From a virus (lineage: Duplodnaviria > Caudoviricetes), in the IMG/VR virus record IMGVR_UViG_2882447294_000001, positions 587 to 64,586 of that record: a stretch of 64,000 bases of DNA; one strand, written 5' to 3'. Positions 63,109 to 64,000 of the stretch are shown here, in pieces (within the stretch, counting starts at the first letter, position 1; each line of letters starts with the position of its first letter). Position numbers and translations under genes: made by a program. The notes under the pieces were generated by a model. It made no database searches and was not told where the DNA came from. It saw nothing but the letters and a program-made list of their open reading frames with translations.

Positions 63109-64000
63109 GATTAAATCCCGTGTGTTTGTGGATTAGCTCAGGCTCGTTGAGCATCGCGAATTTTTCTCCACGTCTGAGTACCCCTATATGCGTCCTACCA
63201 CCAACTGTCGCGATGCCTGGTTCGAAGCGCTGCATCCCTGATTGAGTATTGACCACCATCTCAACAAAATCGATAGCGTATTGAGTCGGTAGGTTTGCGA
63301 AATCGATGTTTGCTCGACTGTTCGACAGCACTGCTTCCAGACTTTTGGTGGGCAAGCCGTGCCGCTCCACTAGGTCGAATTGTAACGATTCGTCCGCTCC
63401 AATCAGTAGGCGCTGAACGTAATTCGCCTGCCCAGCCCAGGCTATACCAGGACGGCCATCGTACTGCAACTGCATGCTCTTCGCTAGCACATCAATACGA
63501 TAGACTCTGCCTTCGCCTTTTGGTTCGAAGCCAGCAACAAGAAATTCGACGTTATCGTACAGCTGGGGATAAGATTCATCGTCGGCTGTTTCTGTGTAGC
63601 CGACAGTAAGCTCCCACTTGTCTCGAACATATGCGAGAAAGGCGGAAGCAACCTCCTCTACGGTTCCGAGCTTGCTTCCGGTCTCGCGTCGGAATTTGTT
63701 CGCGTGCTCGGCGATGGTCATACCATCCAATATGGCTAGCCCAGCAGTGACTGCTGCCACTTGTATTGAGCCCTCGCTAATACAGAACATCTTCCTAACA
63801 CCACCAAATACAGTGGTAACGGCATGGGAGGCCTGCCCCCGGAAGGTCAGATTTCCATGCTGGTCGAGAATGGGGCTGCCGTGCTCATCCGTAACAAGCT
63901 GAACGTCTTTCGCCCTGAAGACGGGCTCCGTCATGCTGGAGAGGCTGTCACATCCGAGGACAATTGCCTCTGAGGTCGCCAAAGCTACGTTAATTGTCAT
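63098..64000 (-). CDS. Proteasome beta-subunit-like Ntn hydrolase
   Basis: M-Thr start 'TINVAL..AIVLGCDS', 'RKMF', 'FLVAGF', 'TVGG..HIGVL'; start codon is at the window edge. Confidence 0.75.
   Translation of the reverse strand: MTINVALATSEAIVLGCDSLSSMTEPVFRAKDVQLVTDEHGSPILDQHGNLTFRGQASHAVTTVFGGVRKMFCISEGSIQVAAVTAGLAILDGMTIAEHANKFRRETGSKLGTVEEVASAFLAYVRDKWELTVGYTETADDESYPQLYDNVEFLVAGFEPKGEGRVYRIDVLAKSMQLQYDGRPGIAWAGQANYVQRLLIGADESLQFDLVERHGLPTKSLEAVLSNSRANIDFANLPTQYAIDFVEMVVNTQSGMQRFEPGIATVGGRTHIGVLRRGEKFAMLNEPELIHKHTGFNHDD

Larger units (their letters stand above)
7209..64000. mobile_element. Temperate podovirus-type prophage; far att end outside window
   Basis: int-xis, lambdoid early region, lysis, terminase, portal, scaffold, capsid, adaptor/nozzle and ejection genes; no tape measure, tube or sheath gene. 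Confidence 0.9.

Noticed and set aside
1-64000. Treating the whole window as one phage with two head modules
   Set aside because: An att core, terminator and arm repeats separate two independent elements with different virion types.

Overview
The window is entirely mobile DNA from a GC-rich Gammaproteobacterium (host only inferred) and holds two elements stacked at a tRNA-Pro(GGG) attachment site. (1) Bases 1-~7200 are the right part of a tail-less, capsid-forming phage satellite (cf-PICI-like). It has HTH and Rep-like genes, a palindromic origin, HK97-type capsid, protease, portal, HNH, cos, TerS, TerL and two head-completion genes, followed by a possibly triple-pseudoknotted RNA and integrase arm repeats. 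(2) From the tRNA 3' fragment (7209-7253) to beyond the window end is a temperate podovirus-type prophage. Its early half has int/xis, a left operon (J-domain protein, RdgC, dual-frame C5 methyltransferase, SNF2-MTase fusion, MazG-like, SSB, Rad52-like annealase), a 434-like cI/cro switch, Rep/DnaC/DnaB (class 3 intein) and nin-like genes. Its late half has an autoregulated acr/aca-like operon, lysis, packaging, head and tail genes, ejection proteins, a 2564-aa polyvalent protein and a terminal proteasome-beta-like moron. Best leads: two small +1-frame genes nested in the polyvalent protein directly after its ParB-like and PRTase domains (candidate effector/immunity pairs); a DDxxD prenyltransferase-like gene coupled to a Gly-rich ejection protein; a non-canonical late-promoter plus GNRA-hairpin architecture; the two-frame methyltransferase; and the satellite RNA. 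All family calls rest on motifs and synteny read by eye; no database searches were run.
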